A DNA stretch of 63,384 nucleotides, counting the filler, from Reclinomonas americana ATCC 50394 (lineage: Eukaryota): assembly GCA_048213135.1 (NCBI GenBank). It is 9 parts of 4 records of this genome, joined end to end, with 100 filler letters (N's around TTAATTAATTAA, not from the genome) between each part and the next. Parts side by side here need not be neighbours in the genome. Positions count along the whole stretch, not along the records: positions 61,974 to 63,384 come from PS015247.1; 8 more parts are not named here. One strand, given 5' to 3'. Positions 63,301 through 63,384 of the stretch are shown piece after piece. Within the stretch, counting starts at the first letter, position 1, and the number at the start of each line of letters is the position of its first letter. The notes beneath the pieces were generated by a model. It had not been told where the DNA came from and searched no databases. It saw nothing but the letters and a program-made list of their open reading frames with translations. The position numbers were made by a program, and so were the translations under genes.

Positions 63301-63384
63301 AGTGAGGTGGAGGATTGATGATGTCGTCATCGTGGTGAAAGATTGTGCATGTGGAGACGCTGTGGCGACCAAAGGATGTGCGGG

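Noticed and set aside
62080-63372. 430-aa minus-strand ORF
   Set aside because: H/R/P-rich composition typical of an antisense shadow of the plus-strand acidic ORF; no motifs.

Overview
Draft-assembly window from an extremely intron-dense, microsatellite-rich microbial eukaryote (species not identifiable from sequence alone). It has several N gaps and eight artificial 100-nt N-TTAATTAATTAA-N linkers. I spliced the genes by hand. Housekeeping genes: an ABCG half-transporter, NOP9, a bacterial-like S9 peptidase, COP9 subunit 8, an NPC1 that appears to lack its N-terminal sterol-binding domain, a FabF/OXSM ketoacyl synthase, a thioredoxin, and a redox-inactive thioredoxin-fold protein with a tail of repeated micro-exons each encoding a hydrophobic-x-GG motif. 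A decayed RLE-type non-LTR retrotransposon lies near the end. The centre (about 26-42 kb) looks like an accessory immune/conflict island. It holds at least 5 tandem intronless WD40 genes (7 blades in the complete copies) with hypervariable surface positions and a conserved BC-box-like tail. It also holds two ankyrin/coiled-coil/IRAK-Pelle-type kinases whose differences concentrate on the ankyrin binding face, with a Crinkler-type NTPase + restriction-endonuclease-fold gene between them. Window-wide, about 20 introns use an atypical 5' splice site, GTTGCG(T), several of them forced by reading frame. GC-AG introns and 8-nt micro-exons also occur. Family assignments come from motif recognition, not database searches, and linkage across the linkers is unverified.
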